Origin: an uncultured Gammaproteobacteria bacterium
GTDB taxonomy: Bacteria > Patescibacteriota > Microgenomatia > Levybacterales > GWA1-39-11
Assembly: GCA_964485575.1 (NCBI GenBank)
Contig: CAZAJO010000001.1
Span: forward strand, 59,602-123,601
Length of the DNA stretch: 64,000 nt
Direction of reading: 5' to 3'
A model generated the notes under the pieces. It did not search any database and was not told the origin of the DNA. It was given only the letters and a program-made list of their open reading frames with translations. Both the position numbers and the translations under genes were made by a program. Each line of letters starts with the position of its first letter. The first letter of the stretch is position 1. Below are positions 30,194-39,382 of this stretch, piece by piece.

Positions 30194-32317
30194 CTAAACT
30201 CCAGGAGCACCTCCTGGCTTATTACCTGATTCGTCCTTTGGTTCTTCGGTTGGAAGTTCTTGGTGCATCGTCATTTCAGCATGTCCGGTCTTGCTTGCTT
30301 CATCGGTTCTATCGACCATTGTGTCTTCTTCGTCTTTCTTCTGATCAACTGCTGTTAAGATTGACTTAGCAGCTTCCATCTTGGCCTTAAGGTATGAGAC
30401 AACTTCAGTCTTTGAGAATCCTCCCAAAAGTAAGAATGGCAAAATATTTGCGACTCTCTCCATTCCTTTATCAACATTATCCTGATTTTCAGAACTTAGA
30501 AGGTTGATGGTCTCAGTAATGTTGTCTATATCTTGCTGAATGAACGAATGTTTGTCTGATGGCACTCCATTTGCACCTACAGGAGTCTCCATATTCTGAT
30601 AATTTTCCTGCCACATCTTCTTAACATCCTCGTATTCCTCAATACTTACCTGCTGTACTTGGTTGGTTTGCGGTAACTTTACATCCTTGATGTTTGCGAG
30701 TGATTCCTTTTTCTGCCCTGGCAATACAGCCTTTGTTTTGTTATTTACTTCCTCAGAAACCTTAGATGCTGACAAAACATTGTCGGCCAATTTGTCTCCT
30801 TGTTTTTGTTGAGCAACAAGTTTTTCTTTAATTGTTGTGAATTTCTCGCGGTCGTGAGTTGCCGTGGCAGTCGTAGGCTTTGAGATCTTCTCAAGTGTCT
30901 CATGAAATTTGCTTACCTCAGTTCTTGAGACACTATCATGCTTCATCATAGAAGTCTCGTACCGGGCAATGTCTCTCATCTTAGGAACTGTAAGATTGGC
31001 GAGACGCAATACATCACGGGTCTCCCTAACTGACTGCAGGCTGCTCAATGATGCTCTCTCCAAAGAGCTTGCGGATCTTGCTGCAGGAATCTCCATCGAC
31101 CTCTTATTGAAGAATGGAATACTTTTAGCAAGTCCGAAAGGTGAAGGTTGCTGTGGAGGTTGCCCTGGAGCAGGAGATGGTCCCCCATAGGTTTTGTTGA
31201 ACCAAGAATTAGACGTAATTTTCTTAACTACCGGACTTTCTCCTATAGACATGCCGCTGAGGTAATCCAGAAAAATTTGAAGCAGTAAGAAAGGCAATAG
31301 AATTACCACCCACAACATAAGAAGAGCAACAACATATAAGGCAAAGGTGTCGTTAACGTTAACTGAGTTATCAAGTCCAATCTGTTGACCTGGACCTCCA
31401 AGTAAAATATTTATTGCTGTTTTGTATCTGAATTGATCAGGAACGTTTTTTGTGAAATCAAAAAACATCGGAATTCCACTTCTCCAAACATTAACGAGAC
31501 CATGAAGAAAAAGAGCAAATAAAGGTGCATATAGTAACCAGCGGAAAAACTCTCCGATCCATATTTTTGCAGTATTTCTAACGGGACGGAAGAATAACAG
31601 CAACGGAAATATCGGGGAAACAATGATAAAAAACCACAAGATTATTTTTCTTATGATAAGAAGTCCTGTCATGACATAGTAGGTTATTGCTGTAAGTTTT
31701 ACTAAAAGAAGTGATATGAATGCTGACTCGTCATATTCTATTCCGACCTTTCTAAAACCAAGAAAATCGTATTGAAATGCAATGTAAAGGAGATCTCTTG
31801 AATCGATATTGCGACTCGTTCCATCCAACGGATCTTTAATGTTGAGGAAAAATCCTTGTAAAACGTCAGTTGCCTGATACAGGAACCTGATGATGGCAAA
31901 TGACAGAACCACAAGAACGACGATAAATATGAACCGGGGAATAAATTTCATGATTGTCAGATTTTGGCCTCGGGTTATGATCATCACGAATGCAGATCCC
32001 AATACAAAGAGCGCTAACAGAACAAAAACGATATTTCTTACAAGCGCCCAGAAGGTTTGGATAGGATTCTCTCCTGTTGCTGGCAGTACTATCCATTTAT
32101 AATTCTTGTCTTGAAGAGTCCAGTCAAGAAAATTATTAGCCCGGGTTGCTGTTTTACCGACGAAAGTCACTTCCTGGTCTTTTACCCATCCAGTTGTGAC
32201 ATCGGGAGCTGTTGTTGGGACAGCTTGTGCATGGATTGGACGACTAAATGAGAAAAAACCAACAAAGAGAATCGAAAACAGAAAGACTTTGATAAAACTG
32301 GGCAGTTTGTTATACAT
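30194..32317 (-). CDS. Large polytopic membrane protein, VirB6/TrbL-like topology: signal peptide, roughly 80-aa exo-domain, 6-7 TM helices and a roughly 370-aa charged, coiled-coil-rich cytoplasmic tail
   Basis: Start taken at the internal Met (MYNKLPSFIKVFLFSILFVGFFSFSRPIHAQA). That ATG lies 1 nt past the stop of the upstream small gene; the longer ORF (to 32389) would overlap it by 70 nt. The call is by architecture only. Confidence 0.55.
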   Translation of the reverse strand: MYNKLPSFIKVFLFSILFVGFFSFSRPIHAQAVPTTAPDVTTGWVKDQEVTFVGKTATRANNFLDWTLQDKNYKWIVLPATGENPIQTFWALVRNIVFVLLALFVLGSAFVMIITRGQNLTIMKFIPRFIFIVVLVVLSFAIIRFLYQATDVLQGFFLNIKDPLDGTSRNIDSRDLLYIAFQYDFLGFRKVGIEYDESAFISLLLVKLTAITYYVMTGLLIIRKIILWFFIIVSPIFPLLLFFRPVRNTAKIWIGEFFRWLLYAPLFALFLHGLVNVWRSGIPMFFDFTKNVPDQFRYKTAINILLGGPGQQIGLDNSVNVNDTFALYVVALLMLWVVILLPFLLLQIFLDYLSGMSIGESPVVKKITSNSWFNKTYGGPSPAPGQPPQQPSPFGLAKSIPFFNKRSMEIPAARSASSLERASLSSLQSVRETRDVLRLANLTVPKMRDIARYETSMMKHDSVSRTEVSKFHETLEKISKPTTATATHDREKFTTIKEKLVAQQKQGDKLADNVLSASKVSEEVNNKTKAVLPGQKKESLANIKDVKLPQTNQVQQVSIEEYEDVKKMWQENYQNMETPVGANGVPSDKHSFIQQDIDNITETINLLSSENQDNVDKGMERVANILPFLLLGGFSKTEVVSYLKAKMEAAKSILTAVDQKKDEEDTMVDRTDEASKTGHAEMTMHQELPTEEPKDESGNKPGGAPGV

Positions 32318-32318
32318 A

Positions 32319-32636
32319 TCAAGAAAATCCAGGAATATGCAGTACGTTTGTCGCGATAACCTGGATAAAGACGAACCCAAAAATTGCAAGCAAAATACCT
32401 ATGATGGCATACGTTATATAGGATTTTCCTGTCTGAAGCTGGGTCGGATCACCTCGGGAAATGAGGATATGATAACCACCTATTATAAGAAATAGGAGAC
32501 CTACAAGACCGATGAGGCCAAGCCCCCATGTGTAAAATTTACCCACAAATCCAGCTGGAGAATTAGGAAGACATCCAAAGTCCGTCAGTATCTCAGTATC
32601 CAAACAGGTTAAAGCCATACCCATTAATACTAGCAT
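32319..32636 (-). CDS. Small 2-TM membrane protein with VirB2/TrbC-pilin-like topology (two hydrophobic helices joined by a short polar loop SRGDPTQLQTGKS)
   Basis: FYTWGLGLIGLVGLLFLIIGGYHILI ... YITYAIIGILLAIFGFVFIQVIATNV. It sits 36 nt downstream of dnaK and abuts the polytopic protein gene. Confidence 0.45.
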   Translation of the reverse strand: MLVLMGMALTCLDTEILTDFGCLPNSPAGFVGKFYTWGLGLIGLVGLLFLIIGGYHILISRGDPTQLQTGKSYITYAIIGILLAIFGFVFIQVIATNVLHIPGFS

Positions 32637-32672
32637 TTTTTATGCTTGCAAGGCAATGTTTTTTGAGAAAAA

Positions 32673-34595
32673 TTAGTTAACTACTTCGCCTTCCTCGGCG
32701 TCTTCTTTCTTTGAGGAACTATCATCGGATTTTTCATCCGATTTTGGCTCTTCTGAACCTGCATCTTCTGCTTGTCCTGAGCTTGTTTGATCTTCTGGCT
32801 TTTGGTTTGCGTACATCTTTTCTCCTACCTTTGAGATTTTCTCAGAAAGATCCTTCGTTTTTGCTTCAATCTCATCCTTGTCTTCTCCATCTTTTACCTT
32901 TTTAAGCTCGGAAATTGCCTCTTCTACTTCTTTTTTGTCGGTCTCTTCAATTTTCCCTTCCATGTCCTTCATGGATTTTTCTGCCGTAAAGATAAGATTG
33001 TCAGCACTATTTTTTACCTCAATAAGTTCCTTTTTCTTCGCGTCTTCATCAGCATGCATTTCTGCATCCTGTGTCATTTTTTTGATTTCTTCATCTGTAA
33101 GGCCAGTCGAGCCAGTTATTTTGATACTTTGCTCTTTACCAGTTGCCTTATCTTTTGCCGTAACAGACAAGATTCCTGAAGCGTCGATGTCAAAAGTTAC
33201 TTCAACCTGTGGAACACCTCGTGGTGCAGGCGGAATTCCATCTAATATGAAGCGCCCTAATGATTTGTTGTCATTTGCCATTGGACGTTCACCCTGAACA
33301 ACATTTATCTCAACTTGTGTTTGATTGTCAGCTGCGGTTGAGAAGACTTGTGATTTTTTACTTGGAATGGTCGTATTTTTCTCAATTAATGGTGTCGCAA
33401 CTCCACCCATTGTTTCGATTCCAAGCGTCAAAGGTGTAACGTCTAACAAAAGCACGTCTTTCACTTCTCCACCCAGAACTCCTGCTTGCACTGCAGCTCC
33501 AACTGCAACAACCTCATCCGGATTTACTGATTTATTTGGTTCTTTACCAAAGAATTTTGTAACTTCCTCAATAATCTTTGGCATTCTTGTCATTCCTCCA
33601 ACAAGAATTACCTCATCAATTCCTGATGTTTCAACCTTTGCATCTTTTAAAGCCTGCTTGACTGGTCCAAATGATTTCTCAACAAGTGGGGAAACTAGTT
33701 GCTCCAATTTTGATCGTGGGATTTTTACTGTTAAGTGAAGTGGTCCATTTGGTCCTTGAGTTATAAATGGCTGATTGATCTCAGCTTCCATAGATGAAGA
33801 TAACTCAATCTTTGCTTTCTCTGCAGACTCTTTGAGTCTTTGTAGTGCTTGAGGATCTTGCCTCAAATCAATATTATTGTCCTTCTTAAATTCATCTGCC
33901 AGATAATCAATAAGGACTTGGTCAAAATCATCTCCTCCAAGATGAGTGTCTCCATTCGTTGCCTTGACCTCATAAACTCCTTCTCCCAATTCAAGGACAG
34001 AAATATCAAATGTTCCTCCTCCAAGATCATAAACCGCAACAGTGTGTGCGTGTTTTTTATCTAATCCATATGCAAGTGCTGCTGCTGTTGGCTCGTTAAC
34101 AATTCTTAATACTTCAAGACCTGCAATTTCACCGGCCTGCTTTGTTGCCTGTCTTTGGGCATCGTCAAAATATGCAGGAACGGTAATAACAGCTTGTGTT
34201 ATTTTGTCTCCCAAATAGTCTTCTGCATCTTTCTTGAGTTTTTGAAGAATTTGTGCAGATATTTCTTGTGGTGTAAATGTTTTACCATCAACTTCAACAA
34301 CAGCCATACCTTCACGTCCTGACTTTACGTCATAAGGCAAGAGTTTTAAGTCTTTCTGAACGGACTCGTCTTTCAATTTTCGACCCATGAGTCTTTTGAC
34401 AGAAAATACAATCTTCTTTGGTTTTAGAACCATTTGCCGCTTGGCTACATCTCCAACAACCCTTTCGATTGGATCGACAACTGAAGGAGTGGTGTTTCTA
34501 CCCTCAGATGAAAAGATGACTTTTGGAGAGCCTCCCTCCATTACAGCCATACATGAATTTGTTGTTCCTAAATCAATACCTATAATTTTTGACAT
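32673..34595 (-). CDS. dnaK: Molecular chaperone DnaK (Hsp70)
   Basis: [17 protein letters not shown]; [13 protein letters not shown]; [13 protein letters not shown]; C-terminal EEVD-like acidic tail. Confidence 0.95.
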   Translation of the reverse strand: MSKIIGIDLGTTNSCMAVMEGGSPKVIFSSEGRNTTPSVVDPIERVVGDVAKRQMVLKPKKIVFSVKRLMGRKLKDESVQKDLKLLPYDVKSGREGMAVVEVDGKTFTPQEISAQILQKLKKDAEDYLGDKITQAVITVPAYFDDAQRQATKQAGEIAGLEVLRIVNEPTAAALAYGLDKKHAHTVAVYDLGGGTFDISVLELGEGVYEVKATNGDTHLGGDDFDQVLIDYLADEFKKDNNIDLRQDPQALQRLKESAEKAKIELSSSMEAEINQPFITQGPNGPLHLTVKIPRSKLEQLVSPLVEKSFGPVKQALKDAKVETSGIDEVILVGGMTRMPKIIEEVTKFFGKEPNKSVNPDEVVAVGAAVQAGVLGGEVKDVLLLDVTPLTLGIETMGGVATPLIEKNTTIPSKKSQVFSTAADNQTQVEINVVQGERPMANDNKSLGRFILDGIPPAPRGVPQVEVTFDIDASGILSVTAKDKATGKEQSIKITGSTGLTDEEIKKMTQDAEMHADEDAKKKELIEVKNSADNLIFTAEKSMKDMEGKIEETDKKEVEEAISELKKVKDGEDKDEIEAKTKDLSEKISKVGEKMYANQKPEDQTSSGQAEDAGSEEPKSDEKSDDSSSKKEDAEEGEVVN

Positions 34596-34692
34596 ACTTT
34601 GTTTATTTATTATATTAGTTTGGCGAAAATTATATCTTGAGGCTCATTCGTAGAATGAGTTGATGATATAATTTTTCCCATATATTTTTTGT

Positions 34693-35190
34693 TTAATTTT
34701 TTAGTTCTTCACCGTTACCAACTTTTACTTGCGCTGGACGGATCAGTCTTCCATTTATTATAAATCCTGGTCTTACTTCTTCAATTACGGTGTCTTTTGC
34801 TCCCGGTACCACTTCTATCACTTCCATTGAGTCTGCATTATATTTTACATTCTCACACTGTATCTTATCAATACCGTTTTGTTGTAAGACTTCAAGTATT
34901 CTTCCAATTGTCAATTTTACACTCTCATCTGTCGTATATTTTCCTGCCAAAAAGAGTGTATCAAATGCAGGCAAAAGTGCTTCTATTAATTGCTTGTTCG
35001 CAAATTTGACTGCCTCACTTCTTTCATCAAAACTTCTTCTTTCTAGATTTCTATAATCTGCTACTGCCCTTTTTAGTTGTTCGTCAAGTTCTTGTATCTT
35101 TACGTCCCGTTCGTCTACCTCTTCGACTGGTTTTTCTTGCTCATCTTGTTTCTTTTTTTTTAAATTCTTATCATCCATATAACTTACCAA
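34693..35190 (-). CDS. grpE: Nucleotide exchange factor GrpE
   Basis: Coiled-coil N-terminus; YRNLERRSFDER and ALLPAFDTL; C-terminal beta domain GRLIRPAQVKVG. It overlaps hrcA by 7 nt. Confidence 0.85.
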   Translation of the reverse strand: MVSYMDDKNLKKKKQDEQEKPVEEVDERDVKIQELDEQLKRAVADYRNLERRSFDERSEAVKFANKQLIEALLPAFDTLFLAGKYTTDESVKLTIGRILEVLQQNGIDKIQCENVKYNADSMEVIEVVPGAKDTVIEEVRPGFIINGRLIRPAQVKVGNGEELKN

Positions 35191-35906
35191 CCTGCAACTT
35201 CTTCTATTAAAGAGCCGTAGTATCTTACTAGTGGTACGATATTTTCGTATCGAAGTCTTGCAGGACCGATAACTCCAATAGTACCATCATGATTTCCTCG
35301 TGTGTGGAATTTAGAAAATACAAAACTGTATGGTTTGAATAGTTCTAATTCCAAATCTTCTCCCAAAATTACTGAAAATTTCTCGTGGATATTCCCAAAT
35401 ATTGTATCGAAATAGCTAGAATTGTCCAAGAGATTTAATAAATTCTTTGTGACATCTATGTCATAAAATTCTGGCATGTCCAAAATGTGAGAGTATCCGG
35501 AACAGTAAAAGTCTCCCATGTCATTTCTTGCAACCGCCAATGTTCCTGTTTTGTCAGCTAATCTTTGAGTTGCTGTACGCATGAATTCTCCTTCTTTCTC
35601 CCGCACATCCCAAACCTTTTCTTTTGCTTCAACTTCCTCAGCAACTGAAAGATCCTTCTCTTTCATTAATTCATTGACATATAGTTTCATCGCTTTTGAA
35701 GTTGGAATACGGCCAGCCGATGTATGAGGTTTTGCAAGATATCCCTTTTTGACCATTGCGGCCATCTCGTTCCTTATTGTAGCGGGGCTTACACCTACAT
35801 CATACTTTTTCTCCAATGTTTCGGAGCCGACTGGGTTTGCCGTATCGATATATTCTTTAACTATCTGCTTTAATATCTCGATTTGTCTCTGTGTTAAATC
35901 GTACAT
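35184..35906 (-). CDS. hrcA: Heat-inducible transcription repressor HrcA (compact 240-aa form)
   Basis: N-terminal winged helix LTQRQIEILKQIVKEYIDTANPVGSETLEKKYDVGVSPATIRNEMAAMVKKGYLAKPHTSAGRIPT; C-terminal GVIGPARLRYENIVPLVRYYGSLI. A CIRCE element lies upstream. Confidence 0.85.
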   Translation of the reverse strand: MYDLTQRQIEILKQIVKEYIDTANPVGSETLEKKYDVGVSPATIRNEMAAMVKKGYLAKPHTSAGRIPTSKAMKLYVNELMKEKDLSVAEEVEAKEKVWDVREKEGEFMRTATQRLADKTGTLAVARNDMGDFYCSGYSHILDMPEFYDIDVTKNLLNLLDNSSYFDTIFGNIHEKFSVILGEDLELELFKPYSFVFSKFHTRGNHDGTIGVIGPARLRYENIVPLVRYYGSLIEEVAGW

Positions 35907-35971
35907 AATAAGATTGTAATGAAGTTAATGAATTCAATCTCATATAACCTTTCATTTGGTGATATACGAGA

Positions 35972-35998
35972 TTAGCAATACTATATCACGAGTGCTAA
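35972..35998 (-). promoter_or_regulatory. CIRCE (HrcA operator) inverted repeat: on the coding strand TTAGCACTC-N9-TATTGCTAA (9/9 and 7/9 to consensus)
   Basis: Plus strand reads ttagcaata ctatatcac gagtgctaa. The reverse complement gives a perfect left half TTAGCACTC, a 9-nt spacer and right half TATTGCTAA (consensus GAGTGCTAA). Confidence 0.8.
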
Positions 35999-36008
35999 AT
36001 TATGTCAA
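35980..36008 (-). promoter_or_regulatory. Sigma70 promoter of the hrcA heat-shock operon: TTGACA, 17-nt spacer, TATAGT, with the CIRCE left half inside the spacer
   Basis: Minus strand reads TTGACAtaatttagcactcgtgaTATAGT. Consensus -35 and 5/6 -10. Confidence 0.7.
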
Positions 36009-36036
36009 GCCCTTTCATTTGTGATACTCTAAATCC

Positions 36037-36372
36037 ATGAAAAAGAGGAAGAAATTAATTCCACATTTAATTATTGCTGTTCTGGCTCTAATTGGTATAG
36101 CTTTACTTGTAATCACTTTTAGTCCTGCCCGTCAGATAGATCTATCCTTCACAAAACTATCCCCTGTCATACCATTCTTTCTTTGTGTATTCTTAGCAAT
36201 TGCTGGAATATCAGGATTTATTTTGGCCCATTTAAGACGGGGGATTTTTGTCGCACTTTTTATTGTAGGATTTTTGCTTTTACAAATGATGAGATACAAC
36301 AATATTTTTTATACAGTGATATTAATTGTTATCTTTGTTCTTCTCGAATTTCTTTTTTGGAAAAAGAAGTGA
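36037..36372 (+). CDS. Small hypothetical membrane protein (3 TM)
   Basis: LIPHLIIAVLALIGIALLVITF; FFLCVFLAIAGISGFILA; IFVALFIVGFLLLQMM. Divergent from hrcA. Confidence 0.45.
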   Translation: MKKRKKLIPHLIIAVLALIGIALLVITFSPARQIDLSFTKLSPVIPFFLCVFLAIAGISGFILAHLRRGIFVALFIVGFLLLQMMRYNNIFYTVILIVIFVLLEFLFWKKK

Positions 36373-36407
36373 TTTTCTTTTAGCCTCAAAAATTGGTATA
36401 ATATCGT

Positions 36408-37823
36408 ATGAATAAATATTACATTACAACCGCAATTCCTTATGTAAATGCAAAACCGCATGTCGGTCATGCATTAGAATTTGTACAGGCAGATGTGATT
36501 GCCCGATACCAAAAACTTCTTGGGAAAGAAACCTATTTGCTTTCTGGAAGTGATGAGAATGCCTTAAAGAATGTACAGGCTGCGGAAACAGCTGGTAAAG
36601 GGGTTCAAGAGTTTGTTGATGAGAATAGTAAACTTTTTCAAAATCTCGCAGAAAGACTAAATGTCACATTTGATTTTTTCCAAAAAGGAAGTAACAAGGA
36701 TCACTATGAATCCTCTCAAGAGTTATGGAAACTCTGCGAACAGAAAGGCGATATTTATAAGAAAGACTACACAGGATTTTATTGTGTGGGATGTGAACTG
36801 TTTTATGAGAAAGATGAATTGAACGAAAATGGAGAATGTTTCGAACATCCTGGAAAAGCCCTTCAGGAGGTAAGTGAAACAAACTATTTCTTCAAGCTCT
36901 CAAACTATAATGACCAGATAAAACAACTTATAGAATCAGACGAATTAAAAATAACACCGCTATCTCGCAAGAACGAAATGCTTTCTTTCATCGAAAAGGG
37001 GCTTGAAGATATTAGCATATCTCGCTCTAACGAACGTGCTAGAAACTGGGGAGTTCCAGTTCCGGGAGATGAAAGTCAAAGGATGTACGTATGGTTTGAC
37101 GCTTTAAATATTTACAGAAGTGGACTTGGCGCAAAATATGATGAACTCTGGCCAGCTGATGTTCATGTAATCGGGAAAGGAATCACTAGATTCCATGCAA
37201 TTTACTGGCCTGCATTTTTACTTTCAGCAGGATTACCATTACCAAAGTCTCTTTTTGTTCATGGGTACTTTACTGTTGATGGTCAAAAAATGTCAAAGAC
37301 TTTGGGAAACGTAGTTGATCCAATTGAACTTGTGGATAAATACGGGACTGATGCTTTAAGATATTATTTCTTAAGTCAAATTCCATCCACCGATGATGGA
37401 GATTTTTCAGAAGAAAAACTACGAATTGTATTTAATGCAGATCTTGCAAACGGCCTTGGCAATCTTGTTGCCAGAGTTGCAAAGCTTTGCGAAAATGCCA
37501 ACTTTTCCTATGAACCAGATGAATCGAGATTTAAAGATAAGTCTCTCGATTTAGAGTTACTTTGCAAAGATTATAAATTTAGTGAGGCTCTCAATTTGAT
37601 TTGGTCAAGGATAAAAAGCGCTGATGGATTTATCAACGCACAAGCACCCTGGAAAGTAACTGATCCTACATTGCTTCGTGAAAAACTCCTAACATATGTA
37701 GATCAAATATATTGGGTTGCATATGATCTTCAACCATTTATGCCGGGAACTGCTGAGAAAATTTTAAAACAATTTAGTGGAGAGATAAAAAGTTCAGATT
37801 CCCTTTTCCCCCGGATTTCATAA
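36408..37823 (+). CDS. metG: Methionyl-tRNA synthetase, minimal form (catalytic plus anticodon-binding domains, no C-terminal appendix)
   Basis: HIGH region AIPYVNAKPHVGHAL; KMSKS motif KMSKTLGNVV; one zinc knuckle CVGCELFY...C.EHPGK. Confidence 0.9.
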   Translation: MNKYYITTAIPYVNAKPHVGHALEFVQADVIARYQKLLGKETYLLSGSDENALKNVQAAETAGKGVQEFVDENSKLFQNLAERLNVTFDFFQKGSNKDHYESSQELWKLCEQKGDIYKKDYTGFYCVGCELFYEKDELNENGECFEHPGKALQEVSETNYFFKLSNYNDQIKQLIESDELKITPLSRKNEMLSFIEKGLEDISISRSNERARNWGVPVPGDESQRMYVWFDALNIYRSGLGAKYDELWPADVHVIGKGITRFHAIYWPAFLLSAGLPLPKSLFVHGYFTVDGQKMSKTLGNVVDPIELVDKYGTDALRYYFLSQIPSTDDGDFSEEKLRIVFNADLANGLGNLVARVAKLCENANFSYEPDESRFKDKSLDLELLCKDYKFSEALNLIWSRIKSADGFINAQAPWKVTDPTLLREKLLTYVDQIYWVAYDLQPFMPGTAEKILKQFSGEIKSSDSLFPRIS

Positions 37824-37854
37824 AAAAACCTCCCGTGGTGAGCGAGAGGTTTTA
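37823..37854. terminator. Bidirectional intrinsic terminator between convergent metG and the Hsp20 gene
   Basis: aaaaaaaCCTCcCGtggtgaGCGaGAGGttttt: a GC stem of about 7 bp flanked by an A-run on the left and a T-run on the right, so it reads as a U-tailed hairpin on either strand. Confidence 0.65.
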
Positions 37855-37883
37855 AAAAGCCTTAAGCTTAAACAGTTAAAAGA

Positions 37884-38321
37884 TTATTTTTTTGATTTTG
37901 CAGAAATTTTGATTTTTCGGGGTTCTTTCTTTTCTGCCTTTTTGAAGACTAACTTTAATACCCCATTTTCAAGTTCTGCGACCGGTTCTTGATCGGCAAC
38001 TATTCCTTCAGGAATTCTAAATGAGTAGTTAAATGTATTTGCCATCGAAGTCATGAAGTATCTTCTCTTAGTAGACTCTTCGTCATGCTGCTCAGCCGAT
38101 CCACTAATTCTGACTACTCCATTCTCAAATGTTATATCCAACTTATCTTCTGAGATTCCAGGGACATGTGCTTCTGCCACCAAAGAGTCTTCGGTCTCGT
38201 AGAGATTTAGTCCCTGAGACATCAGCTTTGAGATACCAGGAAGTGTAGGAAATTCAAAATCGTCATCCAAAATTCTGTCTAAATTCCATGGATTTAATCG
38301 CATTAATGACATGTTATTCAC
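37884..38321 (-). CDS. Hsp20/alpha-crystallin family small heat-shock protein
   Basis: The alpha-crystallin domain pattern (FDIYETEDSLVAEAHVPGISEDKLDITFENGVVRISG...RRYFMTSMANTFNYSFRIPEGI...ENGVLKLVF) is visible directly in the translation. Confidence 0.85.
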   Translation of the reverse strand: MNNMSLMRLNPWNLDRILDDDFEFPTLPGISKLMSQGLNLYETEDSLVAEAHVPGISEDKLDITFENGVVRISGSAEQHDEESTKRRYFMTSMANTFNYSFRIPEGIVADQEPVAELENGVLKLVFKKAEKKEPRKIKISAKSKK

Positions 38322-38375
38322 CTCCTTTACTGTGTAATGATGAACTTTTTAAGTTCAAATCATTCAATTTCTATC

Positions 38376-38405
38376 AGTATAGCATCGAGAGTGCTAATTT
38401 GTCAA
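38376..38405 (-). promoter_or_regulatory. Sigma70 promoter of the Hsp20 gene (TTGACA, 18-nt spacer, TATACT) with a CIRCE left half-site TTAGCACTC in the spacer
   Basis: Minus strand reads TTGACAaattagcactctcgatgcTATACT. It has the same TTGACA-AATT-TAGCACTC arrangement as the hrcA promoter, but the downstream right half (TACTGATAG) is not a CIRCE match. Confidence 0.55.
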
Positions 38406-38446
38406 TACTTCTTATCTCTGGTATGATTGGTTTACTTTAAACCCCT

Positions 38447-39325
38447 ATGAAAAGGCGTCTTCTTTTGGCTCTATCCATAATCCTTGTTGCATCAGGACTT
38501 TTTCTTTTGGTTCGTGTCATCTATAGTTTTAAAGATATCGAAAAAGGGGGACTTCAAGTTACATCAAATGTAAAAGGAAGAGTACTTTTAGATAACAAAT
38601 ATATTGGAGACATCCCGGTCAGAAAAATAAACCAACCCGATACAGTTGCAGTTGGGAATTATGAATTACGTATCGAGCCAGAAGACAAAACACTTACTGC
38701 ATACACTGCACGAGTGAGAGTAAATGGAGGGGTACTCACAGCAGTTGACAAGACTTTTCTTCCCGGATCACTAGGTAGCTCTTATATTCTGACCCTTGAG
38801 AAATCTTCAAGTCCAAAACCACAAATTGAGATAACTACAATTCCTGATGGCGCACTGGTCACCATTGATAGCGTTGCCTTAGGTGCAACTCCATACAAGT
38901 CAGACACTCTTTCAGCGTCAGAGCACGAAGTAGAAATTCAAAAGGAAGGCTTTGCAAAAAAAACAATCAGAGTAAGGGTTGTTAATAATCATATTCTTGT
39001 AGTTAGCGCGAGTCTGGGAACTGGAGACATAGGAACTATTCCACAAATTACACCCGTCGGACAGAGCCCTCTGGACGGGGCAACACCTAGTGTGACTCCA
39101 TCAGTCACCCCAACAGAAATAGCAAAGGGGAAAGTTACAATACTCCCAACTCCGAATGGTTTTTTGAGGGTAAGAAGTGGAGCAGGAACTACCTTTAGTG
39201 AAGTAGGAAGAGTCAAACCAAATGAAACTTTCGATATTTTATCAGAACAATCTGGGTGGTTTGAGATACAAATTGATGATACAACTACCGGATGGGTTAC
39301 TTCCCAATATTCTAAAAAAGAATAG
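38447..39325 (+). CDS. Membrane-anchored PEGA-domain protein with C-terminal bacterial SH3 (SH3b) domain
   Basis: N-terminal TM LLLALSIILVASGLFLLV. PEGA-like beta-sandwich segments (ITTIPDGALVTIDSVALGATPYKSD...HEVEIQKEGF). SH3_3-like C-terminus (GFLRVRSGAGTTFSEVGRVKPNETFDILSEQSGWFEIQ...GWVTSQY). Confidence 0.65.
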   Translation: MKRRLLLALSIILVASGLFLLVRVIYSFKDIEKGGLQVTSNVKGRVLLDNKYIGDIPVRKINQPDTVAVGNYELRIEPEDKTLTAYTARVRVNGGVLTAVDKTFLPGSLGSSYILTLEKSSSPKPQIEITTIPDGALVTIDSVALGATPYKSDTLSASEHEVEIQKEGFAKKTIRVRVVNNHILVVSASLGTGDIGTIPQITPVGQSPLDGATPSVTPSVTPTEIAKGKVTILPTPNGFLRVRSGAGTTFSEVGRVKPNETFDILSEQSGWFEIQIDDTTTGWVTSQYSKKE

Positions 39326-39382
39326 TTAGTGTAGCGACTGCATAGGAGCGAAACCAAGACTTTCTACCATAGCAAGAAAGGC

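Noticed and set aside
36664-36882. 72-aa minus-strand ORF inside metG, and 36183..36383 plus-strand ORF overlapping the small membrane-protein gene
   Set aside because: Both are alternative-frame overlaps of confidently assigned genes, with no motifs.
38376-38397. Full CIRCE operator upstream of the Hsp20 gene
   Set aside because: Only the left arm (TTAGCACTC, perfect) is present. The sequence 9 nt downstream (TACTGATAG) matches the right-arm consensus at only about 3/9, so it is reported as a half-site, not a CIRCE.
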